This document shows positions 1 to 10,359 of a stretch of 64,000 bases of DNA, piece by piece; the stretch's first letter is position 1; the number at the start of each line of letters is the position of its first letter. The stretch is taken from the IMG/VR virus record IMGVR_UViG_3300009506_000001, positions 91,246 through 155,245 of that record; one strand, written 5' to 3'. Under the pieces are notes generated by a model that saw only the letters and a program-made list of their open reading frames with translations, ran no database searches and was not told the DNA's origin. A program made the translations under genes and the position numbers. This DNA is from a virus.

Positions 1-121
1 TGTTCATGCTCATTAGTCCTGTGTGGTGAGCAAGCCCAGTACTTGTGTCTACATCGTGCTGTTTGTTAGCGAAGAACGTACGGTATAGCACGTTCGAAAT
101 ATCAAAAACAAGGTACTTCAT
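1..121 (-). CDS. rnh: 5'-3' exonuclease / T4-like RNase H, N-terminal part (truncated at window edge)
   Basis: Manual translation MKYLVFDISNVLYRTFF... matches the PIN/FEN-like N-terminal motif; ATG overlaps the upstream TAA. Confidence 0.7.
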   Translation of the reverse strand, partial: MKYLVFDISNVLYRTFFANKQHDVDTSTGLAHHTGLMSMN

Positions 122-516
122 TATTCGTTCTCGTTGTATTGGTCGTCAGCCATATCTTCTGCTACCTGCTTAGCAAGCACAGCGACGTAGCGTTGGATAA
201 CGGCATTGTCATCGACGCCAGTGTATCCATTGTCACGGAGATGCTTTACAAAAGCATCATTCCAGTCGAGGTCAATCTTGATGCCTTTTTCGGGGTCTTG
301 GACGATACCTTTGATCTCGACCCATGGTTCCTCAGAGGCCTTCATTCGAGCAGCCTCTTCTTCACGAGCCTTTTCCTCGGCAGCTAGACGAGCACGCTCT
401 TCTTCACGAGCCCTTTTTTCAGCTTCAGCAATTTCCTTGCGACGCCTTTCGTCCTCTTCACGAATCTCAGCGAGAAGCTCATCTTTTAGTGTTTTTCTGC
501 TTTTCCATCCGAACAT
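121..516 (-). CDS. hypothetical phage protein (charged coiled-coil N-terminus)
   Basis: 131-aa ORF, translationally coupled within the operon. Confidence 0.7.
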   Translation of the reverse strand: MFGWKSRKTLKDELLAEIREEDERRRKEIAEAEKRAREEERARLAAEEKAREEEAARMKASEEPWVEIKGIVQDPEKGIKIDLDWNDAFVKHLRDNGYTGVDDNAVIQRYVAVLAKQVAEDMADDQYNENE

Positions 517-701
517 TGTTGGTTCCTTATATGAATCTTTTTAAGTGCTTCCAACTGTCGTTTGGCCCTACAACATTTAAGCAGTTCCTCAGATGAGCAG
601 GAAATAACCCCAGGACCAGAGATCCGAACTGACTTCTTGTGTGGACATTCCTTAGAAGGATCTTCCTCACAACGTGTGTTGTATAGACGTTCGTCTGACA
701 T
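486..701 (-). CDS. hypothetical protein
   Basis: 71-aa ORF filling the operon gap. Confidence 0.5.
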   Translation of the reverse strand: MSDERLYNTRCEEDPSKECPHKKSVRISGPGVISCSSEELLKCCRAKRQLEALKKIHIRNQQCSDGKAEKH

Positions 702-702
702 C

Positions 703-1407
703 TTATACCTTTGGAAGTACGTAGACTCCTAGACCACTGACCTTGACGAGCATGGTGCCTTTTCCGCCGACGCTGAAATGATCAACAGAACTATCCTTAA
801 ACAGAGCCAGGAGTGTCTTTACAGGGTACTTATACGTAAATTTACCTTCGCTTCCCTCTGTGAGCGGTGTTGCTTTTTCAGCAAACTGGTGCTCAAACGT
901 GTCATTGTTCACGTCAACCAGCGAGAAATGCACTCCGTCTCCGTCGCTGTGAAACTCGACAAGGTCAGAGCCCATTGCAGCAGCACCTTTCTGGAGTAGC
1001 TTGACAGCCTCTGCTGTGACATCTACACGAGCACTTGGTTCGTCATTAATGACACGAGGAGCACGGATCGTTGTTGGGTTGGCACACCGATAATCAACTT
1101 TGGTGCCTTTTGCTTTCAGTGTTAGGGACCGAACGAATCCTTTGTCGCTGCCATCCATCACAGCCTCGACTGCAAACCCGTCTAGGTCTTTAACAACATC
1201 CAGACGCTGTAGAAATACATCTGTACGATTCAGGCCAATCGAGCCAATTTCCAATTCAGGGACCTCCTTTTCAAGAAGAACGACTGTGTGGTTATCGGCA
1301 AGGCCTCGTACACTTTCAGGATCGATGATGATGCTGTCAATATCAACGATACCAGCAGTGTGGACAACATTCTGAATAAAGGAAAGGGTTTCATCGGATA
1401 GTTTCAT
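703..1407 (-). CDS. DNA polymerase sliding clamp (gp45-like)
   Basis: 234 aa, MKLS..TL start, clamp-like size, located near PolB. Confidence 0.7.
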   Translation of the reverse strand: MKLSDETLSFIQNVVHTAGIVDIDSIIIDPESVRGLADNHTVVLLEKEVPELEIGSIGLNRTDVFLQRLDVVKDLDGFAVEAVMDGSDKGFVRSLTLKAKGTKVDYRCANPTTIRAPRVINDEPSARVDVTAEAVKLLQKGAAAMGSDLVEFHSDGDGVHFSLVDVNNDTFEHQFAEKATPLTEGSEGKFTYKYPVKTLLALFKDSSVDHFSVGGKGTMLVKVSGLGVYVLPKV

Positions 1408-1439
1408 TGTTATTATCTCTTATTGTTAGTTTGGTCTTA

Positions 1440-1468
1440 ACTATACTAAAATTGAAGCAAATTGTCAA
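1440..1468 (-). promoter_or_regulatory. sigma70-like promoter TTGACA-N17-TATAGT
   Basis: Consensus boxes with a 17-nt spacer upstream of the clamp gene; the same motif recurs near 4940, 10340, 11720, 31980 and 40850. Confidence 0.7.
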
Positions 1469-1856
1469 CCACATCCTGTTGCTTTTGTTCTTCAAGCTCT
1501 TTTGGGTTTTTCCATTCTTGAATTAGAAAACCGTGCTTTCGTTTAACCCATTCAGCGAAAACGTGCCGATGACAAAAGTCGGTAGGTGTTTCATAACACA
1601 GGAAGTATGTTGGATGTGGCCAGGAGTTCAACCAGTTGAGCCATCCCATGCTGAGTTCCAGTCTGTTTAGCTGGGCTAAGTACTGCCGTGCATATTCTTC
1701 TTCGCTAATGCGACCCTCTTTCACGCCGCAGATCATGTCCCATGTTGGGGCAATAATTTTTAGGTGTGGCCCTTTAAACCAATCAGGGGGTCTGCGGCTA
1801 ATTGAAACCGCGTTTGGGTCTGTTCCCTTACGAGCGTAATTAGATGTGTAGATCAT
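1446..1856 (-). CDS. DUF488-like protein
   Basis: IYTSNY, ISRRPP and LCYE..FCHRH motifs. Confidence 0.7.
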   Translation of the reverse strand: MIYTSNYARKGTDPNAVSISRRPPDWFKGPHLKIIAPTWDMICGVKEGRISEEEYARQYLAQLNRLELSMGWLNWLNSWPHPTYFLCYETPTDFCHRHVFAEWVKRKHGFLIQEWKNPKELEEQKQQDVVDNLLQF

Positions 1857-2071
1857 TCTTTATCTCGAACAACCAGGGCAAGTGCACACATGGCACTGTA
1901 ACGCATGTCCCTTATGCGAGGGTTATTGATGGCCTCTTCCATTTTTTCGACCATCATTAGTATGCTCTTTCGAAGAAAGTCCTCATCGACGTCCTGACGT
2001 TCGGTCAGTGCACCAAGCACCTTCATGTCGTTACAAACGATCGCCGCCACTTTCTGGTATTCGTCAACCAT
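1853..2071 (-). CDS. hypothetical protein
   Basis: Coupled ORF. Confidence 0.6.
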   Translation of the reverse strand: MVDEYQKVAAIVCNDMKVLGALTERQDVDEDFLRKSILMMVEKMEEAINNPRIRDMRYSAMCALALVVRDKE

Positions 2072-4623
2072 TAGAACCCTAGTAAATCTTCTACAACAAG
2101 CGATTGTGCTGTTGGTACTTCTTTACCAATAGCCTTGATAATGTTACCCAGTGGATTGTCAACAAGTCGTTCAATGTGCATTTGTCGATTGATTGTGAAG
2201 TTCTCCAAGAACCACTCCGGTACATCGTGCAAGTCAGTTGGAAGTGCAATGCTCTTGAACTTGCCGTACTTCTTCGTTAGGTAGAAAACCTTAATCTTCA
2301 TACCAGACGTAATTGCACCGCTAACACGATCGCCGTGCTGCTCGATCATCTTGTTGTAGTGAATTGCTGCAGCAACATGCCCAGGCAAACGAGTATTCGG
2401 ATCATGTTCAAGGTTGGTTGTGTATTCCTCAACCTTGTTGACGCCTTTAGGAAGACCAATCGCCATAATGTCATCGGTGGTTTCAATGTAGTGCTTGAAT
2501 TCAACAATATCGTTAGCGATATCGGCCCATTCTTCGCCCTTGAGCAACCGACCCACGTATTCATTCAACTTTTTACCAACAGCAGGTGGAATTGTTGTTT
2601 TCTTTGTGTCCAAGCCCATAACTTTGAGCTTATCAACCTTCTCGCCTTCGTTGTCGATTACACGAAGGATGTAGCGTTTCTTTTCAACGAAGATCCCACG
2701 AGAAGCGACAACTTCTCGACCAGCCTTGATAATATCATCGAACCCTGGCTGACACAAGAACGTCTCACGCATGAATTCCTGGAACGATGCTGTGACCTTT
2801 TCGCCAGCAGCATCAGCAATCACAACAGCCTCTTCAGCATTCTCGGCAAACAAGGCAAAGTATGTGGAGTCTGTGTCACCATATAGAACAGCCTCACCGC
2901 TAGCATCATATACACCAGTCATCACTTCGTTCGTTTTTGCACACTGATGTCGAAGGATAGCACGACCTGTGCCAGTTGTACTCTCGCCCATACGTAAGTC
3001 AGAATACCTGAAGTATGCGTTGTTGAGAGCACCGTACAAGCTGTTTAGCTTGATCTTGTATACGTATTGTAACCGGTCATAATACGACTTCTTGCCTTTG
3101 TCCTCTGCCTCTGCTTTCAGTGCCTGATATTTCTTACGAGTAGCGTACCAGTCTTCAAGTATGGCTGGAATGATGCCTTTCTTCTCCTGTGAGAAGACAG
3201 TACCGAACCCACTGATGGCCCATTTACGTTCTCGCATTACAGAACGCCACTCTTCGCCCGTGTATTCTTCTTCGGAGCCATCTTCGTAGGCAAGAACTAA
3301 CGTCACCATTGTCCCTTTAGCAATGTTCTCGGCCGCCTTCGCACAGTCGTCAAACTGACCAATGAGCGTTTCAGGACTAATATTGATAGAGCGAATAGCA
3401 GAAGGATACAGCGAATTGATGTCGATTGATCCAATCCAATCATGCATACCTGTCTTTGGTTCGAGCACAAACGCCCCTGCAATACTGCCCTGCTCGGGAT
3501 CACCCATGTCAGGAAAACGCATGTCCATCTCATGCACAATGTAGTTGTTGATAGCAAGCTCAGCGAGTTTTAGTGTGCCTGTAACATGCTTCCACAACCC
3601 AGTAGAAAGGTGGTACATTTCATTTGCCAGAGCAACGTATCCTAGCTTTTCTTCAAACCCCTTTAGGACCTCCGTGTCACGAAGGTTGTATCGACAGAAC
3701 CAAGCAAAGTCATTTCGATACAAATCAGCCAAGGTGCCATTGTATTCCAACTTTGGTAGGTCAGGAAGCATTTCGTCGGCAATCGATTCCAACTTGTACG
3801 AAGGACGTTCAGCCATCTCATACTTCTTGAATAGAGCAAGATAGTCACAGCTGATACGACCATGAAGGTCAATTGTTGTGTTAGTGCGACCGAACATCTC
3901 AACTTCACGATACTTAGGGCGTCCAGCATGTGGGAATGACAACATGTCGAAGTACTTCATGCCAAGCGTGCGTTCAAGGCGTTTCGCTATATAAGGTACG
4001 TCGAAGAAGTCACTGTTCCAACCTGCAATGAGGTCAGCATCTTCAATCTCGCCAATAATGCTGAGAAGCAATTCTTTTTCGTTTTCGCAGAGGTAAACTT
4101 CGATCTCTGTGTCATCTGGATACTCCTCGATCTCGTTCATCTTCTTGGAGAGAGATTCTTCGGTCCAGGTTTGACCGTCAGGAGGAACCGCGTACAACAC
4201 CATCCTATGTTCCCATTGGTGATACATAGCGATGGAGTTGATTGGAGCGTAAGGGTTATCAACGCTAGAGAACCCTATCTCGGTATTGTAATCAACCTCA
4301 ATATCAAGAAAGGTGATATGGAGCTTGGGAGCTGGAACCTGATAGTACCGCTCGGAAAGAAACTTTAGTTCGGGTGGAAGATCTGACTCGAACATTTCAA
4401 CACCACTGCCACGACATTCACTACGAGCGGCGTTGTATTCTTCGTTTGTTGCAAAATCGTGACGAGTGAGTTTGTCACCGTAAATGCTTACGTGCTTACC
4501 TTTGGGATCTTTCGTGAAGAAATAGTACGGAGCACGGTGATTGTTAAGAGTTCTTTCACCGTCCTCCGTACGTTCCCAAACAATGATATCGTCGCCCTTT
4601 CGGACAGCAGATATGTAGCTCAT
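2071..4623 (-). CDS. family B DNA polymerase (gp43-like)
   Basis: Exo DIE and WNSDFFD motifs; DINSLYPS, KIKLNSLYG and YGDTDS. Confidence 0.97.
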   Translation of the reverse strand: MSYISAVRKGDDIIVWERTEDGERTLNNHRAPYYFFTKDPKGKHVSIYGDKLTRHDFATNEEYNAARSECRGSGVEMFESDLPPELKFLSERYYQVPAPKLHITFLDIEVDYNTEIGFSSVDNPYAPINSIAMYHQWEHRMVLYAVPPDGQTWTEESLSKKMNEIEEYPDDTEIEVYLCENEKELLLSIIGEIEDADLIAGWNSDFFDVPYIAKRLERTLGMKYFDMLSFPHAGRPKYREVEMFGRTNTTIDLHGRISCDYLALFKKYEMAERPSYKLESIADEMLPDLPKLEYNGTLADLYRNDFAWFCRYNLRDTEVLKGFEEKLGYVALANEMYHLSTGLWKHVTGTLKLAELAINNYIVHEMDMRFPDMGDPEQGSIAGAFVLEPKTGMHDWIGSIDINSLYPSAIRSINISPETLIGQFDDCAKAAENIAKGTMVTLVLAYEDGSEEEYTGEEWRSVMRERKWAISGFGTVFSQEKKGIIPAILEDWYATRKKYQALKAEAEDKGKKSYYDRLQYVYKIKLNSLYGALNNAYFRYSDLRMGESTTGTGRAILRHQCAKTNEVMTGVYDASGEAVLYGDTDSTYFALFAENAEEAVVIADAAGEKVTASFQEFMRETFLCQPGFDDIIKAGREVVASRGIFVEKKRYILRVIDNEGEKVDKLKVMGLDTKKTTIPPAVGKKLNEYVGRLLKGEEWADIANDIVEFKHYIETTDDIMAIGLPKGVNKVEEYTTNLEHDPNTRLPGHVAAAIHYNKMIEQHGDRVSGAITSGMKIKVFYLTKKYGKFKSIALPTDLHDVPEWFLENFTINRQMHIERLVDNPLGNIIKAIGKEVPTAQSLVVEDLLGF

Positions 4624-4902
4624 TTACGCAGCATCCTCGTCTTCTTTGCGGCCTTCAACAAGGGTTTCGTACAGGATCGAAAACTCTTCATTCTCTGCCT
4701 GAACATCTGCGTAGTTGTGTTTGTACATGGTGCTGGCGATCTTGCGAATCATCTTCTTGTCGACGCCATACTTGTTTGCTGCTTCGGCAAGAATTTCCTT
4801 GATAGCGTCACGCTCGGCATCGATGCGAAGGAAACAGTTGGTGATTTCGCCAATGGCCATCTTGAGCTTCTGACGATCGTTCGGACTGCTAGGTAGGGAC
4901 AT
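4624..4902 (-). CDS. dsbA: T4 DsbA-like dsDNA-binding protein
   Basis: 92-aa helical protein, DAIKEI...KKMIRKIA..YKHN..E..E...LYE pattern. Confidence 0.7.
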   Translation of the reverse strand: MSLPSSPNDRQKLKMAIGEITNCFLRIDAERDAIKEILAEAANKYGVDKKMIRKIASTMYKHNYADVQAENEEFSILYETLVEGRKEDEDAA

Positions 4903-4968
4903 AGTTATTCTCCTTATAGTTATAATTTTGTGTTGTTACTATACGACGGGGAGCCGTATTAGACAACT

Positions 4969-5565
4969 TTACCTGTAAAATAGGTGGGAACCTATTTGTG
5001 CTACTTGCTTGTAATGGTTGCTCCAGTATGGGTCAACATACTTGGCATGATAGAGGTAAGCACCATTAGTGAGGTCATGGATGTACGCACCATCAGCAAA
5101 CGCACTCGCTATGAGTTGGGCACGTTGCCATGCTTGAGGGTTTTTGGGTTTGTCGGAGCGACCATCTAGTGTCCATGAAAATTGGGCCACGTACTTGCCT
5201 GTACGTTTGTCTTTGTTTTTCTGCCACACAACCTCACAGACCGTGTTCGGATAATATTTAGACCGGACCCTATGCATGGTCACTAATCCGATGGCCAATT
5301 TCCCCTCTAGGTCTTGGTCGCGGGCCTCCCAGTATATGTTGAGTGCGAGACACTTTTCGTCCTCCGATGAGAACGTGTAAGACATTGGTATTTTCAAGTC
5401 CTTTTTCTGAGCGGGTGGGGCTTTCGGTATAGGCAGGCTTTCCTGTGGAGGCAGGATAAGAACGGTGTGGGTCTGGGCCATGCCCACGTTCACACCGAGT
5501 TGGAAAGCAATGTAAAAGTCGATCACGAACATTGTGATCGCCACGAAAACTGATAGTGTCCTCAT
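4969..5565 (-). CDS. cell wall hydrolase (SleB / Hydrolase_2)
   Basis: CLALNIYWEAR, YPNTVCEVVWQ, QFSW, YHAKYVDPYW and IGSHLFY motifs; N-terminal TM segment. Confidence 0.9.
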   Translation of the reverse strand: MRTLSVFVAITMFVIDFYIAFQLGVNVGMAQTHTVLILPPQESLPIPKAPPAQKKDLKIPMSYTFSSEDEKCLALNIYWEARDQDLEGKLAIGLVTMHRVRSKYYPNTVCEVVWQKNKDKRTGKYVAQFSWTLDGRSDKPKNPQAWQRAQLIASAFADGAYIHDLTNGAYLYHAKYVDPYWSNHYKQVAQIGSHLFYR

Positions 5566-5600
5566 TTCCCCATATTACTATAGAATAGGGGTTAAGTCAA

Positions 5601-6221
5601 CTAGGCGATCTCCTCAAACCAAGTTGTGTAGTCACCTGGAAAATCAGCGGGATCATACAGATAGGGCTCAGATGCAGCAATATGAAAACGCACTTGGTAG
5701 GAATCCCCTGCTAGAATAGGTGTTGTGCCATTAATAAAGTGAGGTTCACTAGGGAACAAAACCAATGTGCTACGATTAGGATTGAAGCCAAATTGGTGCT
5801 GTGGGAATTCAACTTTGCCACCATATACTTCGAAGTCGCCATCGAATGGAACACAGTCTTGATAGTCACACAAAAATATGATACCCGTAAGGTCCCGATC
5901 TTTTGTGCGAACCCACTTCTTGCCCATATAGCTGCTGTTCTCGCAGTGAGGCTTTTCACCTTGGCAGCCTTGCGGATACCATTCGAACATCATTGTGGTG
6001 GTGCCACGATACTCAAACCCATAGTGCTCTTCGAGTTTTGGAATCAGTGGACGTAGGTGTTCAAATATTACCTCTTCGGAGCGATCATGTGATCGCATCG
6101 ACTTAATAGGTACGTCCTCTACGTTTCGGTCGGGGTAATTGAAGTTGAGATCATCAACAATTTGTTCGCACAGAAGTGGTGACAGGAAATCCTGTACCAC
6201 ATAGAACGGTGACTTAACCAT
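5601..6221 (-). CDS. 2OG-Fe(II) oxygenase family protein
   Basis: PHCEN, GGKVEF and LVLFPS motifs of the prolyl-hydroxylase-like fold. Confidence 0.7.
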   Translation of the reverse strand: MVKSPFYVVQDFLSPLLCEQIVDDLNFNYPDRNVEDVPIKSMRSHDRSEEVIFEHLRPLIPKLEEHYGFEYRGTTTMMFEWYPQGCQGEKPHCENSSYMGKKWVRTKDRDLTGIIFLCDYQDCVPFDGDFEVYGGKVEFPQHQFGFNPNRSTLVLFPSEPHFINGTTPILAGDSYQVRFHIAASEPYLYDPADFPGDYTTWFEEIA

Positions 6222-7126
6222 TATTTCACCTGCTTTATGATTTCGTCAGCTAAACCAAATTCCTTAACAAGGCCAAGGATCATTTGGTGTACCTTTTCGT
6301 TAGTCAGAGTTGTCTCTTCAAGTACAGTAATGTCTTTGTATAGGTCCTGGAGTGCATCCCAATCTACATCCTCGAAACGGTTATGTTGCTTGGTAGGATC
6401 AACAAGGAAGTTTCCTCGCTCAAGGATATTCTGTCCGATAAGGATTTTATCCTGCATCTGTGAGCGATCATTTAGATTGAATTTGGCATTCTGAATATCT
6501 TTACCGGCAATGGAAATATTCAAAGCAATGACAGGACGGTACTCCGAACCTTCCGACGTCTTAATAGCAGCCTGATCGATGAGCTCGGTACGAATCGTGT
6601 TATTGGATAGTAGGCTAGAACGGAACTCAACCATGTTGCGCCCGGAATCAACTTTCCATTCTTCGCAGTGTAGAGAGGATAAGTTTGCACCTGTATCAAC
6701 TTTACCGGTCAGCTGTTTATTGAACTGTGGGAAACGAATCGTAACACTATCAGCAACGACAGCTTGGTTTTCACGAAGACTGTGCTCACCGGTTTCTAGG
6801 TCGGCTCTTGCTCTTGCGGCACTGTTTGTAACGGCACGGGCAGGTCGAACAGAAAGGGTGCGATCTAGTGCCCAAATAAGAATGATCCACTCCTGCAACC
6901 GCCGCTCCTCAACTGTGTTTTTCCAGTCGGGGCTGGCCTTAACGTGTGGCTCAACGGCGTAAACAACAAACAGTTTTTTGTTTTCGTTTTTCATCTCAGG
7001 AACAGTATGGCCAACAGCAGTAGAGTAATGGTATGGAATGCCCATAACCATAATGTCGCGAGGTAGCGTGAATCGACCTAGTCGAAAGGCCTCGTTTAGC
7101 TGTTCTAAAGATTCAAATTCGTTCAT
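6221..7126 (-). CDS. retropepsin-like aspartic protease (RimK-associated 'Zn_protease' family) domain protein
   Basis: KVDTGANLSSLH, RPVI and LNDRSQM..ILIGQN motifs. Confidence 0.8.
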   Translation of the reverse strand: MNEFESLEQLNEAFRLGRFTLPRDIMVMGIPYHYSTAVGHTVPEMKNENKKLFVVYAVEPHVKASPDWKNTVEERRLQEWIILIWALDRTLSVRPARAVTNSAARARADLETGEHSLRENQAVVADSVTIRFPQFNKQLTGKVDTGANLSSLHCEEWKVDSGRNMVEFRSSLLSNNTIRTELIDQAAIKTSEGSEYRPVIALNISIAGKDIQNAKFNLNDRSQMQDKILIGQNILERGNFLVDPTKQHNRFEDVDWDALQDLYKDITVLEETTLTNEKVHQMILGLVKEFGLADEIIKQVK

Positions 7127-7794
7127 GACTTCCCTTTCTGTTTCTTGTAAAACATATTTATGCGATCCACTAAAGGCTTGACGTAATCGTCAATTTTTCG
7201 CTTGAATAACAACGGCATCATGCCTTTTTCCACCGCTATAAGCACGACAATGTCCTCAATAAACTCACCGAACAGTTCATCATACATCAGAGCATACGCT
7301 GTACATTGGAGGAAATAATCTTCAATCATGTCTTCAGTTTTGTTGTTATTTGAGGTCTTGAAATCGATGATAGATAGCACACCGTCGTATTCGGCAACTA
7401 GATCAACACGCCCTGCTATTTTGAGCATGTCGCTGTAAAGCGGAACCTCTTGGGCACGAATGTTGCTAACCTTATTCAAACGAAGCTTCAACTGGTTGAA
7501 CAGCTTCACGTTTAATGGGTCGTGTCCCTTAGCGGGGTTCTCGACGTTATTAAGGTAATCCTCAGCCAGTTTGTGAACAGCTGTGCCACGTTCGGCACAT
7601 CGCTTCATCTCCTTATCAGCCTTTTGAGGACCAAGACTGTTACGCCAATCTTCTAACCAAGGTTTTTCTTTGGCACCAAGAACGGTGGTGACGGATGGGT
7701 ATTTCACCCCCGAAGGTGTTGTGTACCAACGTTGTCCGTTTGTGATTTTGTCTGTAAGTTCCTGAATAGGTGGAACGTTTGTGTGAATAAACAT
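7123..7794 (-). CDS. PD-(D/E)XK exonuclease (Cas4-like phage nuclease)
   Basis: YPSVTTVL, RGTAVH, AGRVD, IIDFKTS and QCTAY motifs. Confidence 0.9.
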   Translation of the reverse strand: MFIHTNVPPIQELTDKITNGQRWYTTPSGVKYPSVTTVLGAKEKPWLEDWRNSLGPQKADKEMKRCAERGTAVHKLAEDYLNNVENPAKGHDPLNVKLFNQLKLRLNKVSNIRAQEVPLYSDMLKIAGRVDLVAEYDGVLSIIDFKTSNNNKTEDMIEDYFLQCTAYALMYDELFGEFIEDIVVLIAVEKGMMPLLFKRKIDDYVKPLVDRINMFYKKQKGKS

Positions 7795-7809
7795 GAAGTA
7801 TTTAGCTTC

Positions 7810-8142
7810 TTATTTTCCTGCCAAACGTCTGTTCATCCTTGTGACTAGTTTCGACTGTTGTTGGTGCTTAGAGATTCTGGTCTTCATGACACGTACTCCC
7901 TTGCGAGCACGGTTGACTTTCTTACCATGACGACGTTTCTTAGGGTCCTTTCTTTTCGCACACGCTTGTGGTGTAGCGACTATTTTACCTTTTTTTGGAC
8001 CAGAAGTGCAACGGAATTGACGCTTTATTTGTCCACCCACCCGTTTGAACTGACGAATAGCGGCTTCAGAAAGAATGTTACCCTCTTCGTCTAGGTATAC
8101 TTCCTCGCAACATTCTTCACAAATGATTTCGAAAAGTTTCAT
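7810..8142 (-). CDS. basic hypothetical protein (putative head-internal protein)
   Basis: K/R-rich; MKLFEI..E N-terminus. Confidence 0.6.
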   Translation of the reverse strand: MKLFEIICEECCEEVYLDEEGNILSEAAIRQFKRVGGQIKRQFRCTSGPKKGKIVATPQACAKRKDPKKRRHGKKVNRARKGVRVMKTRISKHQQQSKLVTRMNRRLAGK

Positions 8143-8504
8143 GCTGGTACTCCTGTTGTTCCTGGTGTAGCGGCTCCCTGCTGTTGTCCCTGTGCTTTTG
8201 TCTGGGCAGTCAACGCTTGTTCTTTGCGAGCAAGGTCCATTTTCATTCTAGCGATTCGCTCTTCCATCTTTTTGATCTGCAGGCGTTCCGTAGCTAATGG
8301 ATCATTAGCCTTGTTGGCTTGGATTGCCTTTTCTTTATTCTGTAGGTCCTGCTGCTGAGCACGAATAGCACGTTGCGGTGATGCAGTTGCAACTTTTTGT
8401 GCTTTCTTTGCCTGAGCAACAACGTCGGCCGGCGACATCGTGGCAGGGTCAAAGGAGATGGTCTGCTCAAGCTCGGACAGATATTCTTTGAATGTCCTAT
8501 CCAT
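8139..8504 (-). CDS. hypothetical protein (putative head-internal protein)
   Basis: N-terminus MDRTFKEYLSE resembles the T4 capsid-targeting sequence. Confidence 0.6.
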   Translation of the reverse strand: MDRTFKEYLSELEQTISFDPATMSPADVVAQAKKAQKVATASPQRAIRAQQQDLQNKEKAIQANKANDPLATERLQIKKMEERIARMKMDLARKEQALTAQTKAQGQQQGAATPGTTGVPA

Positions 8505-8505
8505 T

Positions 8506-9606
8506 TTAACGACGCAATGCCTTCAGAAGCATGTCAGCAAGTTCCATCTTGGAGATGGATGTGTTGCCAATTCCCTTGCCACTGACCTCTTCCATTTCAG
8601 GCTCAGCGTTGATATCAATGTCTTCGGGCTTAGCCTCAACGTTGATGTCAACGTCTTCAGCAGGGGCACTTCCAAGACCTTTGCCTTCATCGGATGCAAG
8701 ATCGTGCTTATATTTTGCTAGTTTTGCGATCTGCTTAGATTCTTTCTCGGCTTCCTTCTTGTCATTGTAGTAATCTTCCATGTCAAGAATTTCTTCCTCC
8801 TGCTTCACTTTCTCAGCAGCTTGACGAGCCGTTGCCTCAGCAGCACGGGCTTCTGCTTCGGCCTTGCGGGCCTCTGCGTCAGCTTTCATCATATCGATGA
8901 CCTGTGTTAGAGCAGATGCAGCAGCTTCTTCACCGGGAGGCTCAGCACCAAGGTCAGCAACCTCACCTGTGTCGGCTGTCATATCCTCACCTTCGCCCGG
9001 TACAGGGGCTTCACCTTCAGCAGGTGCCTCAGCTCCAGCATTCATGTCAACACCTTCGCCAGCACCGCCCTCAACGTTGATCTCCTCTTCCTCGTCTTCG
9101 GGAATATCTCCCCACTCAACGTTGATGATATCAAACTGCTTTCTTAGCTTCCAAAGAACCTCAGCAATTTCGATTGAATCGTTTTCGTCGTCCTCGTCCT
9201 CGTCCGCACCGGCAAGTGCAGACTGAAGTGCCTGTGCGAAACTGTCTGCCTGGTCTTCAGGAACCCAAACCTTTACCATTGACCCTTTTTCATCTTCTAG
9301 GACAAACCCTGCACTATCATCACCCTTTTCTTCGGCAGCCTTTGCAGCAGTCTTTAGTTTGGCGATAACATCATCACGGTCGAAGTCACTCTCTTCGGCC
9401 TCATTAAGGAAACTGCTGAACTGAAACCCTTCACCGACAAGATGGAAGGAATAAGGCAACCCTACTGCACGTCGGTGCACCTTTCTTTTCTTGCTCTTTT
9501 TCTTTGTTTTTGAGCCGAGAGGTTCACGAAATCCTGCGATAGCACCAGCAGATGTGACGCCTGCAGCACCACCAGCAGCCGTTTCTTTGATGAGTTCTTT
9601 TAGCAT
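8506..9606 (-). CDS. acidic hypothetical virion/scaffold-like protein
   Basis: 366 aa, E/D/A-rich; TAAATA late-promoter motif at 9638-9643. Confidence 0.65.
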   Translation of the reverse strand: MLKELIKETAAGGAAGVTSAGAIAGFREPLGSKTKKKSKKRKVHRRAVGLPYSFHLVGEGFQFSSFLNEAEESDFDRDDVIAKLKTAAKAAEEKGDDSAGFVLEDEKGSMVKVWVPEDQADSFAQALQSALAGADEDEDDENDSIEIAEVLWKLRKQFDIINVEWGDIPEDEEEEINVEGGAGEGVDMNAGAEAPAEGEAPVPGEGEDMTADTGEVADLGAEPPGEEAAASALTQVIDMMKADAEARKAEAEARAAEATARQAAEKVKQEEEILDMEDYYNDKKEAEKESKQIAKLAKYKHDLASDEGKGLGSAPAEDVDINVEAKPEDIDINAEPEMEEVSGKGIGNTSISKMELADMLLKALRR

Positions 9607-9666
9607 AGTGAGTTCCTTATATAAACCAATTCGTTTATATTTATGGTTTTAGACGTTCTTACTCAC

Positions 9667-9693
9667 AAAAAGAAACCCGCAGATGCGGGTTTC
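9667..9693 (-). terminator. intrinsic terminator
   Basis: GAAACCCGC/GCGGGTTTC stem followed by a T tract on the minus strand. Confidence 0.8.
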
Positions 9694-9721
9694 AGAACAG
9701 AATGCGAAATCTATGATTGCA

Positions 9722-10051
9722 TTACGATATTTGGCTAGGTTTGAAAGTTCTCCATTTGATATCAGGAAGTTCTCGACCAGTGTGCTCGATAAAATCATCA
9801 AAAGCAAAGAGGGTTCGACGCTGCTGTTCTAGATATTCCTGATATTCATTCCAAGCGGTCAGCATTTCTTCTCGTTGTTCCTCAGAGAGATCCGTGACGT
9901 CAATCGCTTTCACATTCAGGTTCTTTGGGCTAGGAACATACGTAGGGATAACTACACGGTGGGTAACTTCCCCGTGAATGACCTGTTTACCTAGTACCTC
10001 GGTTTTGTGGTACGAGATGCTTTCAAGCTGATTTTCTTTCAACTTAGGCAT
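9722..10051 (-). CDS. hypothetical protein
   Basis: Probable start MPKLKENQ overlapping the upstream stop. Confidence 0.6.
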   Translation of the reverse strand: MPKLKENQLESISYHKTEVLGKQVIHGEVTHRVVIPTYVPSPKNLNVKAIDVTDLSEEQREEMLTAWNEYQEYLEQQRRTLFAFDDFIEHTGRELPDIKWRTFKPSQIS

Positions 10052-10310
10052 CGCCCTCGGCCTCGTTTGCGGCATCGACCCCTGCTCCAGCCTTTTCCTC
10101 TTCGGCCTGCATAACGACTGCAGCAATCTGGTTAGCGAGACCCTTCATGGCTGTCTGGGCCATCATCATGTCGGAACGGAACTCAAGCTCCTTCTGCTTC
10201 CAGTCGTCGTAGAAGGCGACCAGCTGCTGAGCTTCGGCGGGAAGGGACTCGACCACAAGCGTCTTGCCTTCGATGGTTACAACTTTGGTTTCTTCTGCGT
10301 GTAGTTTCAT
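10044..10310 (-). CDS. hypothetical protein
   Basis: GGAG SD and sigma70 promoter upstream. Confidence 0.7.
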   Translation of the reverse strand: MKLHAEETKVVTIEGKTLVVESLPAEAQQLVAFYDDWKQKELEFRSDMMMAQTAMKGLANQIAAVVMQAEEEKAGAGVDAANEAEGDA

Positions 10311-10359
10311 TATTATCTCCTGTTGCGTTTAACTACTATACAATGGTTTTGTTTCTTTG

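Noticed and set aside
7123-7794. Cas4 of a CRISPR system
   Set aside because: Typical stand-alone phage PD-(D/E)XK exonuclease, with no Fe-S cysteine set, cas genes or array.
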